A stretch of DNA of 63,751 nucleotides, filler included, from Thraustochytrium aureum (taxonomy: Eukaryota), in NCBI GenBank assembly GCA_012862495.1. It is 4 parts of 3 records of this genome, joined end to end, with 100 filler letters (N's around TTAATTAATTAA, not from the genome) between each part and the next. Parts side by side here need not be neighbours in the genome. Positions count along the whole stretch, not along the records: positions 5,752 to 35,452 come from BLSG01000103.1; positions 35,553 to 62,468 come from BLSG01000105.1; 2 more parts are not named here. One strand, written 5' to 3'. The notes under the pieces were generated by a model that was not told the origin of the DNA, ran no database searches, and saw only the letters and a program-made list of their open reading frames with translations. Of the stretch, positions 34,305-46,248 are shown piece by piece. A program made the position numbers and the translations under genes. Each line of letters opens with the position of its first letter. Within the stretch, counting starts at the first letter, position 1.

Positions 34305-35496
34305 GCGCTTCGGACCTTCGAACGGTCTTGCGCTCCTCAGCGAGCGACTGGCGGCACGACGTTGAGCCGACCATGAAGCGCGCCTGCGGCTCTGGACACT
34401 CGCCCGACCCTGAGCGCGCGCCTGCTGCTGGGAGGGCTTCCTCGAGGTTAGCCAGCTGCTGCTCTCCCAAGCGGAGGGAGATGACCGGCCAGATCCGACC
34501 TCGGACCTGGAGAGGTGCCCTGACGAACGCCGCGGCCCTCTCGCGGCTTTGTAGCTGTCGCTGTACGCGCGAGCACACGCTGCGCTCTGCCGCTGCGGCT
34601 GGGCTGCGGCGGCCTGTCTGACTCTAGAAGGACGCAAGGCCTGGCGAAGCATAGGGCTCTGGAGCGCGCCGCGTAGAGCTCGCTGACTTGCTCGCTGGGC
34701 GCTGTCGCCGGTGGCTCGACGGGCGTGCTGCTTGCAGCCAGGACGAATCGCGCAGGTCGCTGCCGCCGGATGTCTCGCTCAGCGCGATGAAGAGGCGGCC
34801 GGCTTGGGTTTTTCGCGATAGAGTTGTGTGAGGTCAAAACCTGGCCGCTCGGCGGCGTGGCACTGGCGCTCCAGCATGCAGCCTCCGACCGCAGCGCGCT
34901 GGGAGGGCGACCGCTTGCGGCTGACGCTGCCAGGCAGAGGCCCGATGGCCGCCAACACGAGGCCATGCATGAAGGCCGTTGCTACCCTGCCGCTTGTCCA
35001 CTTCATGGGGCGTCAACGAAAAGCGATGATATGATATCCAAGCGCCACGTTTCCAGGCCAGCCAAGAGCCGCATCGCCACGCGTCCCGCGGCGGCCTCCG
35101 GCATCGCCCCGAGCGAGCTCAACCGGCGCCAGCTGTCCACCCACCCGGCAACAGTTGCAACCAAAATGCAGCATCGAGGCGAGTCGCAGCGGCAGATAGC
35201 CAGGCAGGTCTGCGGTGCCCACCGTTGCCAGCGCGGGCCGGCCGGCCGGCGCCGCGTCGCTCGCTGCTCCGCGCTCGATGCGGGCCAAACTAGTTGCTCC
35301 ATGATCGTAATCATGTCACATGTTCGGATAGAATCTCGCCTGTGGCATGGCATTTCAACCTTGAAGTTGCGAAAACACGCCCAGACCCGGACGCGAAGTC
35401 GGCGGCGCTCGGCCAAAGGACGCCTGCGCCCGGCACTGACTCGGTCGCGGGGNNNNNNNNNNNNNNNNNNNNNNNNNNNNNNNNNNNNNNNNNNNN

Positions 35497-35508
35497 TTAA
35501 TTAATTAA
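35497..35508. other. Artificial scaffold spacer
   Basis: TTAATTAATTAA within Ns. Confidence 0.97.
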
Positions 35509-35552
35509 NNNNNNNNNNNNNNNNNNNNNNNNNNNNNNNNNNNNNNNNNNNN

Positions 35553-36413
35553 GGTGCGGTGGCCGCCGTCGCGGTTTATGTTGCTGTCAAGGTCAGCCTC
35601 GGACGCGGGGCCTGGCGGGACAGGCTGTGGGAGGACCTCGCGTGGTGGCGCGATGCGGTGGATGCCAAGCTCAAGTGGAGGCTGCCCAGCCATATTATCC
35701 TGCTGAGGCACGGCGAGTCGCTTGGGAACTTGAAGGAGAGCGTGTACCGCGTGATCCCGGACCACAAGATACCGCTGACGGAGAACGGGAAAGCGCAGGC
35801 GCGCGCTGTGACGGGCAAGATCATGGAGGTCGTGCGCGATCGCAAGGTCGTCATATACTACAGCCCGTACACGCGGACGGTCGAGACGCTCGATCAGGTC
35901 CTGGAGGTGATCCCTGCAGACCAAGTCTGCATCGTGCAGGAGGAGCCGCGCATCCGCGAGCAGGACTTTGGCAACTTTCAGGACAACTCGATGAAAGATA
36001 TCAAAAAAGAGCGAGCGCGCTTCGGTCGCTTTTTCTACCGGTTCCCGGAGGGCGAGTCCGGGGCCGACGTTTTCGACCGCGTCTCGTCCTTTTTCGAGAC
36101 GCTCTTCCGCCAGTTCAAGCGCAGCCCGATCTGCGAGCTGCCGAGGGACACCGACTACACGCTCCTGATCGTCTCGCACGGGCTCACAATCCGCCTCTTC
36201 CTCATGCGCTTCTTTCACTGGACCGTGCGCGATTTCGAGCGGGTGCGCAACCCGGGAAACTGCGCCCCTATCGTGCTCAGGCGTCGGGACGGCTCCCTGC
36301 TTTACGAGCTGGATGACGAGTCGTGGGCGAACCTCGGCATCTCGGACGGCTCGCCGTTCCCGAGCAACCACTTTCAGTTCCCGGTGCACTATTGCAGCAG
36401 CACCAACGCGTGA
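35553..36413 (+). CDS. Histidine phosphatase / phosphoglycerate mutase-like protein (5' partial)
   Basis: LLRHGESLGN, SPYTRT, EPRIREQDFG, FFYRFPEGESGADVFDR, VSHGL. Confidence 0.93.
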   Translation, partial: GAVAAVAVYVAVKVSLGRGAWRDRLWEDLAWWRDAVDAKLKWRLPSHIILLRHGESLGNLKESVYRVIPDHKIPLTENGKAQARAVTGKIMEVVRDRKVVIYYSPYTRTVETLDQVLEVIPADQVCIVQEEPRIREQDFGNFQDNSMKDIKKERARFGRFFYRFPEGESGADVFDRVSSFFETLFRQFKRSPICELPRDTDYTLLIVSHGLTIRLFLMRFFHWTVRDFERVRNPGNCAPIVLRRRDGSLLYELDDESWANLGISDGSPFPSNHFQFPVHYCSSTNA

Positions 36414-36738
36414 GTCAGGGGGCCGATCGGATCACGGATCAGATCACGGCAGCGCTGGCTGGGCTGGGCTGGGCCAGGCTGGGCTGGGCCAGCTGGGCCG
36501 GGCCAGATGTCAGTTGCCTGGCTGCCGGAGCGCCAGTCCTACAATTCGAGATCTCCTGGCGTTCTTTGGGGCAGACAAAAACACAAACACATTTAGCAGG
36601 GACGTTTGCAGGCTAATGCTAGAGACCTCGCCACGGGGCGTCCCAGAGTTTCTCGGCCAGGATTTGAAACAAGCGGACATTCGGACTTTACTTCCCACGC
36701 CGCGGGCGATGGCGTTCGCTCCTCCGTCCCTGAGGCCG

Positions 36739-37563
36739 TCACGTCGTCAGGCCGCGGCCCAGGGCCGCGTCAACAACCGACACAAACTGAACCGAAAAGT
36801 ACCAGACTGCCGCGAAAACACCAAACAGACCAACATAAGCCACCGGCGCCCACCAATGCTTGTAGTCCAGGAAAAAGTAGTAAAACACGCCCGTCTTGTA
36901 GTTCCACGCCCAGGCGAAGAGCACGTACGCGTTGCAGAACAACAGGGGAAACAGCCAGTGCGAAGCGTGCACGCGAAACCCGCTCAGCACGGCCTCGGTA
37001 AACATCATCACAATGTTCGCGTAGTGAAGCATGAGCGCACGCCAGTTCATCAGCCGTTCGTACCTGTATGGGTCCTTGCGCCGCGCGACGGGGACGAGCA
37101 CAAAGTGCACGACCACCGTGACCAGGAGCGACGTGCAAAAGCACACTTCAAACAGGACAGGCAGCCAGGTCCCGGACCGGCTACCCGCAACCTCCGTTTC
37201 ATACACCATCCCCGAAAAGTACGCGGTCAGCAGCAGCCAGCACCAGCAGGTGAACGTCGTGAACCGCTTGATCCCGCACACGTGCATCGTGTACCCATAG
37301 CTGCTCTTCACCAGGGGGTAGTTGCTCGTCCAATACACGTGCACCGCCAGTGCGACCGCAACCACGCACGACACGGCCCGCGTGGCCCTCAGCAGCGTCC
37401 CATGCCCCAGCCCGACCTCGCGCACCACGATTCCAATCCTCTCGAGCTCTACCACGGCCCCATCCACGTGCTCCGCAGGGCCGAGCTGCGAGTACGCCCA
37501 GGCATTCAACGCGTCCACGCCCGCGACGGCCGCGACGACGCCAGCAAACCTCCCGAGCCCCAT
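36739..37563 (-). CDS. Multi-pass membrane protein, possibly FAR-17a/AIG1-like
   Basis: About 6-7 hydrophobic helices; FTTFTCW, LMLHYAN and YYFFLDY motifs. Confidence 0.65.
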   Translation of the reverse strand: MGLGRFAGVVAAVAGVDALNAWAYSQLGPAEHVDGAVVELERIGIVVREVGLGHGTLLRATRAVSCVVAVALAVHVYWTSNYPLVKSSYGYTMHVCGIKRFTTFTCWCWLLLTAYFSGMVYETEVAGSRSGTWLPVLFEVCFCTSLLVTVVVHFVLVPVARRKDPYRYERLMNWRALMLHYANIVMMFTEAVLSGFRVHASHWLFPLLFCNAYVLFAWAWNYKTGVFYYFFLDYKHWWAPVAYVGLFGVFAAVWYFSVQFVSVVDAALGRGLTT

Positions 37564-37636
37564 CTCCGCAGGCACACGCTGCAAGCCAAACCACCCGCCG
37601 CCGCCACGCCAGCCAGCTAGCCTGCCTCTCTGCCCG

Positions 37637-37668
<32 letters not shown>

Positions 37669-38580
37669 CNNNNNNNNNNNNNNNNNNNNNNNNNNNNNNN
37701 NNNNNNNNNNNNNNNNNNNNNNNNNNNNNNNNNNNNNNNNNNNNNNNNNNNNNNNNNNNNNNNNNNNNNNNNNNNNNNNNNNNNNNNNNNNNNNNNNNNN
37801 NNNNNNNNNNNNNNNNNNNNNNNNNNNNNNNNNNNNNNNNNNNNNNNNNNNNNNNNNNNNNNNNNNNNNNNNNNNNNNNNNNNNNNNNNNNNNNNNNNNN
37901 NNNNNNNNNNNNNNNNNNNNNNNNNNNNNNNNNNNNNNNNNNNNNNNNNNNNNNNNNNNNNNNNNNNNNNNNNNNNNNNNNNNNNNNNNNNNNNNNNNNN
38001 NNNNNNNNNNNNNNNNNNNNNNNNNNNNNNNNNNNNNNNNNNNNNNNNNNNNNNNNNNNNNNNNNNNNNNNNNNNNNNNNNNNNNNNNNNNNNNNNNNNN
38101 NNNNNNNNNNNNNNNNNNNNNNNNNNNNNNNNNNNNNNNNNNNNNNNNNNNNNNNNNNNNNNNNNNNNNNNNNNNNNNNNNNNNNNNNNNNNNNNNNNNN
38201 NNNNNNNNNNNNNNNNNNNNNNNNNNNNNNNNNNNNNNNNNNNNNNNNNNNNNNNNNNNNNNNNNNNNNNNNNGTACACGGCGATGTTGCCAATGCCGAC
38301 GATGATGCCTTCGACCACAATGCCGACGACGATGGACGCACGCGGCAAATCCTGCTCGGCGCACTGCGCGCGCGACGGCGTGCGAGGCGCTACCGTGCTC
38401 TCGGCGTCGGCTCTGACGGCTCCTCTGGAGCAGCTCCGCGACGGCGCTCACGGCCCTGAACGACGGCCATTGTGACACTGACTGGGATGGAAACGGATGG
38501 ACGCGGCAGATCCTGTTCGCGTCGCGCGCGCGGGTGTGCGAGGCGCTGCGCAGCGGTCGTAGAAGGCGATTGGCGGTGGC

Positions 38581-39768
38581 ATGCGCGTGGGCTGGCTCGC
38601 GAGCACGCTGCGCGAGCACGTGAAGGCCCTCGGGGGGTGCGCGACGGTGATCGGTCAGGCGACGCGCGGCGCTTGTTTCTGCCAAGCACGGCGCGAGCTG
38701 AGCGGCCTGACGTGGACGAGGATGAGCGCGCCAGGCGGCGAGGACGGCGCGGGCGCGGAGAAACGCGCGGTGGCGGAGGAGGTGGAGGGCGGGGAGAGCG
38801 CGCAAAAAAAGGCGCGCACGAGCGAGGGCAAGGAGGGCCTGGCGGACGACGGCCTGAACAAGGTGTTCAAGAGCACGAGGTCCAACAAGGCGAAAGCCGC
38901 CGTGATCGACGCAGCCTACGCGGAGGCCTTTGGGCCGCTGCGGCTCAACGAGCTCAACACCAATACCGGCAAGACCAAGACGCGCAATCACGTCAACCCG
39001 CTCTCGTCAAAGTTTCAGACGCCAGTGACGCCTCCCAAGTGGGAAGACGTCTACGCGGACACGTCCCGCCCGCTGTGGGTGGACGTCGGCTGCGCACAGG
39101 GACGCTTTGGCATCCAGATGGCGCTGCACGAAAAGTGGGGTTTGTGCAACCACCTGGGCCTCGAGATCCGCGAGCCGCACGTCACGCGCGCGAACGCGTG
39201 GGCGCGCGAGAAGGGGCTCAAGAACGCCCTCTACGTGGCCTGCAACGCCAACGTGTCGCTCGAGGGCCTGCTCGCCTCCTACCCGGGCCCCGTCTCGCAC
39301 GTCGCCGTGCAGTTCCCTGACCCCATGTTCAAGCGCAAGCACCACAAGCGGCGGGTCGTCAAGGCTGACTTTCTCGAGATGCTCGGCCGCCGGCTCGCAC
39401 AGGGGACCGCCCTCTTCTTCCAGAGCGACGTCGAGGAGGCCGCGGCGCAGATGCGCGATCGCGCCGACCAGTGCAAGTACTTTGACCGCCAAGGGGCCTA
39501 CTCGCCGCGCGACCCGATTCTGGCCGTTGAGCTCTGCGCTTCCGGCGACGACGACTCGTTCTGGACGCCGGACGGCAAGCGCGCTCGCCCACCAGCAGGC
39601 GCGGCTGAGGACGCCCAAGCTTCGGCCGCCGACTATGGCGACTGGCTGGAGGGGCCCAACCCGATCGGGGTCGTAACAGAGCGCGAGGTGCAGAACACGG
39701 CGCTCGGCGAGCCCATCTATCGCTGCCTCTTTGTCCGCAACGCGGTGGCCTACGAGGAGAGCGCGTGA
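38581..39768 (+). CDS. trmB: tRNA (guanine46-N7)-methyltransferase, cyanobacterial/plant-organellar TrmB type
   Basis: RNHVNPLS, VDVGCAQGRF, LGLEIR, QFPDPMFKRKHHKRR, QSDVEE, TERE. Confidence 0.92.
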   Translation: MRVGWLASTLREHVKALGGCATVIGQATRGACFCQARRELSGLTWTRMSAPGGEDGAGAEKRAVAEEVEGGESAQKKARTSEGKEGLADDGLNKVFKSTRSNKAKAAVIDAAYAEAFGPLRLNELNTNTGKTKTRNHVNPLSSKFQTPVTPPKWEDVYADTSRPLWVDVGCAQGRFGIQMALHEKWGLCNHLGLEIREPHVTRANAWAREKGLKNALYVACNANVSLEGLLASYPGPVSHVAVQFPDPMFKRKHHKRRVVKADFLEMLGRRLAQGTALFFQSDVEEAAAQMRDRADQCKYFDRQGAYSPRDPILAVELCASGDDDSFWTPDGKRARPPAGAAEDAQASAADYGDWLEGPNPIGVVTEREVQNTALGEPIYRCLFVRNAVAYEESA

Positions 39769-40693
39769 CTGCACAGTTAGATCAACCCGGTTTTTTACAT
39801 CTTTTCCCTGCAGCAATGAGCCACAGGTCGACAGCAAAGTTGCTTTCGTGCACTAGCGCTCGCCGTCCATCGCCCGGGCGGGACCACGCCGTCGGCCTGC
39901 TGCCCGCCGAGGCCCTGCGCCCAGCCTATGCTACTTTCCGCCGAGCTGGCCCGGCTCGTGGCCAGGGAACGCTCGGGCTGCGGTATTCCAGGGCCGCGAG
40001 CACCAGCATGATAAAGTTGCAGACGTGAAAGCTCGTGCAGACGACGCAAAAGTCCTGCAGCACTACCTTGATGACCCAGANNNNNNNNNNNNNNNNNNNN
40101 NNNNNNNNNNNNNNNNNNNNNNNNNNNNNNNNNNNNNNNNNNNNNNNNNNNNNNNNNNNNNNNNNNNNNNNNNNNNNNNNNNNNNNNNNNNNNNNNNNNN
40201 NNNNNNNNNNNNNNNNNNNNNNNNNNNNNNNNNNNNNNNNNNNNNNNNNNNNNNNNNNNNNNNNNNNNNNNNNNNNNNNNNNNNNNNNNNNNNNNNNNNN
40301 NNNNNNNNNNNNNNNNNNNNNNNNNNNNNNNNNNNNNNNNNNNNNNNNNNNNNNNNNNNNNNNNNNNNNNNNNNNNNNNNNNNNNNNNNNNNNNNNNNNN
40401 NNNNNNNNNNNNNNNNNNNNNNNNNNNNNNNNNNNNNNNNNNNNNNNNNNNNNNNNNNNNNNNNNNNNNNNNNNNNNNNNNNNNNNNNNNNNNNNNNNNN
40501 NNNNNNNNNNNNNNNNNNNNNNNNNNNNNNNNNNNNNNNNNNNNNNNNNNNNNNNNNNNNNNNNNNNNNNNNNNNNNNNNNNNNNNNNNNNNNNNNNNNN
40601 NNNNNNNNNNNNNNNNNNNNNNNNNNNNNNNNNNNNNNNNNNNNNNNNNNNNNNNNNNNNNNNNNNNNNNNNNNNNNNNNNNNNNNNNNNNNN

Positions 40694-43600
40694 TGACGTA
40701 CGGAAAGTGCATGTCGTCCACCCGCGCGGAAAAGACCCCAACGCGAGTCCCCGCCTTGCGGTCGGGGTAGTTTTCGTACGGGCCGCGCCCGAGGTACTCG
40801 ACTTGGTCGTACTCGCCCGGCAGGACCAGTTCCATGCCCACGCGCGGCAGCGAATCAGTACCCTTTTGCGTTGCAGGGGCTGCGGTGACAGTCACGTCGA
40901 GCAGTACGGATTCAGCACAAAACGTGTACAGCGTCTCCGTTGCAAAGCGCAGCGCACCATTATACTTGTGGTCTTCGTGCACGCGGATGACGACCGAGCC
41001 CGTTTTCTCGTTGTCCCGATCGATCGATACCTTGGTCGTGAGCGGCACGAGCGCGTCGAGGCCGAGATTGCGCCAGTGCCCGTTGAACGAGGTCTGGCTC
41101 CTGCTCACGAACGGCTTGAGCAGCTTGTTGGGCAGCATCGAGTCCAGGCCGCCGAGGTCGTTGTCGGTGGGCGCTCGGAAGAAGCAGTGCTTGAGCCCGT
41201 GCGCCGCGAGCACGAGCTCCTCGCCCCCGGAACTGCTCATCGACGCCACGGCGCCCGACGCGATGTCAAAGTCGACCACATACGTCTTGCCCTCCAGCCG
41301 CAGGAGCCGGCCGCCGTCGAGGTTGGTCGTCTTGAGTGGGGACGTGTTCGCCATGGCGAGCTTCTCCGCGTCTTCGTAGCTGGCCCGCACTTTGCTGAGC
41401 GGATTGGGGTCGAGGGCAAACGACTGGCTTGCGACGAGGTGGCCCTTCGGCGCGTACGGGAGGTCGGTGGCGAGGACCATGCGGACCTGCAGCGTGGCGA
41501 GGCCCGTGCTGGTCGCGACCTCGCTCGACTTTGCCCTGGCCTGCTCGAGCACGAGCGAGTACGTGCGCGCGCCCGCGTCCACGACAGAGAGCTTGCACGG
41601 CCCGGACGCCGCTGGGTCCGCAGAGGCAACCCCAAACACGACGTACTCGAACGCGACCTGCTCTACAAGCGGGGCGTGCGGGTAAAACTCGAGCTGCATC
41701 TCAAAGGAGGCGTCGCCCCCCTGGCTCTCATAGTCAAAGGCAAACTCGACGGGCTGCATGAGGAACTTGGCCTCGTGCATGGCCGGTGGGCGTGCGGTCG
41801 GGGANNNNNNNNNNNNNNNNNNNNNNNNNNNNNNNNNNNNNNNNNNNNNNNNNNNNNNNNNNNNNNNNNNNNNNNNNNNNNNNNNNNNNNNNNNNNNNNN
41901 NNNNNNNNNNNNNNNNNNNNNNNNNNNNNNNNNNNNNNNNNNNNNNNNNNNNNNNNNNNNNNNNNNNNNNNNNNNNNNNNNNNNNNNNNNNNNNNNNNNN
42001 NNNNNNNNNNNNNNNNNNNNNNNNNNNNNNNNNNNNNNNNTAGCCCCACGCACCGTTCGCAAAGCCCGGTAGGGAGAGCCCTTGGTCCGCAAAGTCCCAA
42101 ATGAAGCCGCCCTGCATCTTCGGGTGCGCCTTGGAGCGAAATAGCTTCCAATACAAGTGCAGGTTGCCGCTGCTGTTGCCCATCGCGTGCGCATACTCGC
42201 ACAGAATCATAGGGCGAGCGCGGTCCGAGCCCGACGCCGCGGTAGTTTTCTGGTGGATCTCGGCCATAAGAAGCGGCGAGTCGTACATGGGACAAACAAT
42301 GTCGGTGCAGTGCGGGTCGCAGCCATCGCCCATAAGCATCGGCGAGTCGCCGCCGTGGATTCCGCCCTCGTACTGCAGCGTGCGGGTCGGGTCGACCTGG
42401 CGCACCCAGTCCGCACATGCGCGCATGTTTGGCCCGCACCCTGACTCGTTGCCGAGCGACCAGCCAATTATGCTGGGGTGATTGCGCGAGCGCCGCACGC
42501 ACGCCTGCACCCGCGCCATGAAGGCGCCGGCCCAGTGCGAGTCGCACTGCAACAGCGAGAGGTGCGCCACCTTGGCGAACCCGTGCGTTTCGATGTTGGC
42601 CTCGTCGATGAGGAAGAGGCCATACTCGTCGCACAGTTCGTACCAGCGGTGGACGCTCGGGTAGTGGCAGTTGCGGACGGCGTTAAAGTTGAACTGCTTG
42701 AGGAGCTTGATGTCCTTGATCATCTGCGCTTCGTGCATCACCTTGCCGCTCTCGGGCTCCCACTCGTGCCTATTGATCCCGCAAACCAGGATCGGCTCGC
42801 CGTTGACGCGGACCTGCGCGTCCACGATCTCCACCGTCCTGATGCCCACGCGCGTGGCCTCGATCTGGCGCACCACGGCGCTGGCGCCGCCGGCAAGGAC
42901 TGCGTCCACAGTCCCCTCCACCGCCTCAACCACCAGTGTGTACAGGTACGGGCGCTCCACGCCCCAGAGGGTCGGGTTTTCAACGCGGAGCGCTGCAGTG
43001 GCGCAGAACGCCGGCTGCGCGAGCGTCTCGTTGCCAAACTCTGCGCACAAGGCGACCTGCGCGGCGCTCGAGGCAACCAGGCGCTCCTCTGCGTCAAAGA
43101 GCGACGCGCGAATCACCGTGCCGCGCTCCATTGTCTCTGGCGAGTCGTTGGTCTTGACGTGCACGGTGACAGAGCCGCCTGCTCCTTCCTCGGTGAGGCT
43201 TGTTTCGACAAAGTAGTCGACGATTCCGCCGTGCCGGGGCCTGCACGAGAGCTCGACGTCGCGGAAGACGCCGCTGAGCCACCACTGGTCCTGGTCTTCC
43301 ATGTACGAGCCGTCCGTCCAGCGGTAGACAATGAGCGTGAGCAGGTTTTGGCCCTCGCGCAGGTTGGCGTCGGAGATTTTCACTTCCGTCTCGGTCATGG
43401 AGTCCTGGCCGTACCCAACGTGGGCCCCGTTCACAAAAATGTCGACGCCTGCGCCTGCCCCATGGAGAATGAGAAAGACGTCGCGCTCCCCCTTGTCGAG
43501 GGCGCTGACCCAGCTGGCGGGAACGCTAAACTCGATCCTGTAGCAGCCCGTCGGGTTGTCGGCCTTGGGGACGCTCGTTGTCAGCGGTGTGAGTCGCTTC

Positions 43601-44004
43601 CACGGGAACGTGATGTTGGTGTAGATGGGCGGGTCCACCTCGGGGTACTTGAACTGCCAGTTGCTCGGGATTTCGGTCTCGTCCCAGTTCGCAAACCCGT
43701 CCTCCTCGGCCGTGCTTGGCGCCGTGACCTGGTCCACGGGGCAGCTCGCCGGGTTGGAGAACAGCCGAAACCTGCAGTTGGTCGGGGCTTCGGCTCGCGC
43801 CACAAACTTCACCCACTCTGTCTCTCCGCGCGCCGCGCTGAGCGCTGCGAACGCGTCCTTGGTGTCTTCCAGTAGCCTGAGCGGGGCATGATGCTCCACG
43901 CCATTCACATAGACCACCCTCGGATCCTGCCAGTGCTCAAGCCGGCCCGTCAGCACGTGCTTGACCGCGTTGATCACCTTGAGGTACCCGGTCTTCACGC
44001 CCAT
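40694..44004 (-). CDS. GH2 beta-galactosidase (LacZ-like); two gaps, 3' end hidden
   Basis: YMEDQDQWWLSGVFRDV, NFNAVRNCHYP, DEANIETHG, WSLGNESG (acid/base), LCEYAHAMGNS (nucleophile), GGFIWDFADQG, RAPTDND, GRGPYENYPDRK. Confidence 0.96.
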
Positions 44005-44037
44005 CCTGGCAGGCAGCCGCGTCGACCACCGTTCGTC

Positions 44038-44100
44038 CGTCCGTGCGTCAACGCGACGTTCGTCCGTGCGTCAACGCGACGTTCGTCCGTGCGTCAGCGC
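44038..44100. repeat. 23-bp tandem repeat CGTCCGTGCGTCAACGCGACGTT x2.7 just upstream of the beta-galactosidase ATG
   Basis: Read directly. Confidence 0.9.
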
Positions 44101-46248
44101 CCGTCCTCGAATCGACGAAAGGCAGCCCAGCGTGCGCGCGTCAACGCTCGAGTCTCCCCGTCCCCGTGTGCCCCAGCCCGCCTGCCACGCACGCTCCCAC
44201 CGCGCCAGCTCCCCGCCCCTGGGCTCGCGCTGTCCTGCCCGTCCCGTTCGGGCTCTGCCACACCCTCGCAGCGCCTCCACCTTGCTGCATGCACCCTCAC
44301 CGTCGCATTACCCCGATTTCTCCGTCCCCACCTTGGCGCGGCTTCCTCGGCCCAACCTTGCGCGCCGGCCACCTTTTCACGCAGTAGAGAGGTTTACCCG
44401 ACGCGGGTCGAGGATATGCCGAGAGGGGAAACGGCGGTCGAGGGGAAGTACCTGTGAAAGGGTAGTGTACCGCGTAAGGTGCAGTATACCCCCTACCCCA
44501 CCCCTCGTACATACTTTTGCTGAGAACAACCAATTGACTCGTGCCGGTGATGATGATGATGATGACAAAGTGATGATGACAGTGGTGCGTGAGCTTGGCT
44601 GCTCCCAGTACGCCCCAGCAGGACGCGACGCGTGCGTGCGTGTAGAGTTTGCTCGACACGCTCGGACTTTGCACGCACGATACGCGCGCTGGCGTACTTA
44701 CTTCGATGCGGAGTGCAAGGGCAACTCCGCGCATCGTTCAGAAGGGCCGTGCTTTGCCGTGCTCACCGGCGCGTTGGTCGATCGTGGAGCGTCAATGCGA
44801 GGCTCGCATTGCGCGCGAGGAGGTCACCCGAGGCATGGATCGGCGTGATGGTGGTTCGAGATTCGAGGTTTCGTTCGGGTTCGTTGACGCGCGGCCGCCG
44901 CGTCACGGGCGGTGCCAGTGATGGCGGGCGTGGATGCCGAGGCGCGGCAGCCACCACGTCAAGCAGTCAGCCACCACTACAGCGCACTGGCCGCACGCCG
45001 AACGGTAGAGTACTCTACATTTATTGCGAGAAAAGGAGGCGGGACGGAAGACCGGTGCGACGCCGCGTGTCGGAGACTCGACTGTTCTCCACCAAAACAA
45101 GGCCGAGGGGGCCTGTTTGTTTTGTGCGTGCCAAACCACGCGGAGTCGGTGATGGTTGGCAAGAGAGATTCTGGGCAAGTGAGGTTTGCCACCCCGAAAA
45201 GCGAAAGGTGGCAAGCACGGCTGAGACTCCAAAGGAACTCGGAGCAAGCGAGCCAGTGAGCCAGTGAGCCACGGAGCGACTGAGCGTGTCGATCGCTCCA
45301 GCGCTCTTAAAATGTGCGACTAGCAGCTGATTCGCTTGCCGTTCGTCCAGTGCACATTTTGTTCGGACGCCGCGCGGCAACGGGCAACAGCGCCCCTTTG
45401 AGTCTGCTGGGGCGGCCGCCGGGCGGGCGGCAACCAGTGCAAACGAGGCGGAAGCTGATGCGAGTGGTGGACCGTTTTTCCGTTGGACACAGCTGCTGCT
45501 GCTCAAATGCGCTGGATGTGCGTGAGACAACTCAACTTGGCGAAAAATGAGTTGAGGCTACTTGCTCTATTTTGCTGGCAATGACGACACCATCCTGCAT
45601 GACCGGACGTCGGTAGTTTGGCTGCCGAAAGTAGGTATGCAAGGAAACGCTTGTTTTGGCAAGTTGGGGCCATTCAACGGACACGAAAGTAGTTTGCTGC
45701 CTTGTTTTGCGGCTTCCTCCGTCTTGGACCACAGGAACTGGCGTGAGGATCTGCGGGCCACGAAGCTCAGCGGAAGGAAAAGCGCGACTCTCCGCGCTAG
45801 ATGCTCGTCCAACTACGGCCTTCACGAGCGGAATGCCTTTTATTTTGTTGCTTGACCGCATGGAAAGGATCTCAGGCGCACCGCTCGGCCGAGCTTTTGC
45901 AAGCTGGGCGTCATAAATTGGGCGACTAGGAAAAGACGGTGCTTGTCCGGCAACCGACCCTTTTAAAAACGACTTGAGACTCACTTGATGAGCCAACCGC
46001 CTCGATGAAAGCACGGAAATAACTCGTAAGGTCACATTTGCCTCAGTTCGGCAGCACTTGTGAGAAACTCCTTTGGCGCTCAACGCATCCAGTCACCGAA
46101 TAGGCCATCACTTTGCCGCGAATCTGAGCGAAGGGAGCTGTTGCGATCCAGGCAGGCCCCGCGAGCATTTCCAGCGCAGCTTGGTTTGACTCTGAACGAG
46201 CGCGGAGACGCCGGCCATCTCGCCGACCCGATCTGCGTCCTTGCAAAC

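Noticed and set aside
35400..35600. Gene neighbourhoods spanning the spacers
   Set aside because: Adjacency across 5696, 35497 and 62513 is an assembly construct.
38274..38475. Gene tail at the gap edge
   Set aside because: Several frames are open and none can be chosen.
44038..44100. CRISPR-like arrays here and at 337-377, 4227-4271 and 51858-51940
   Set aside because: These are head-to-tail tandem repeats with no unique spacers and no cas genes, in a eukaryotic context.
44100..46200. Short ORFs here and at 14900-16400 and 55600-58300
   Set aside because: They are Arg/Ala/Pro-rich chance ORFs typical of GC-rich intergenic DNA. No tRNA or rRNA structure was recognised.
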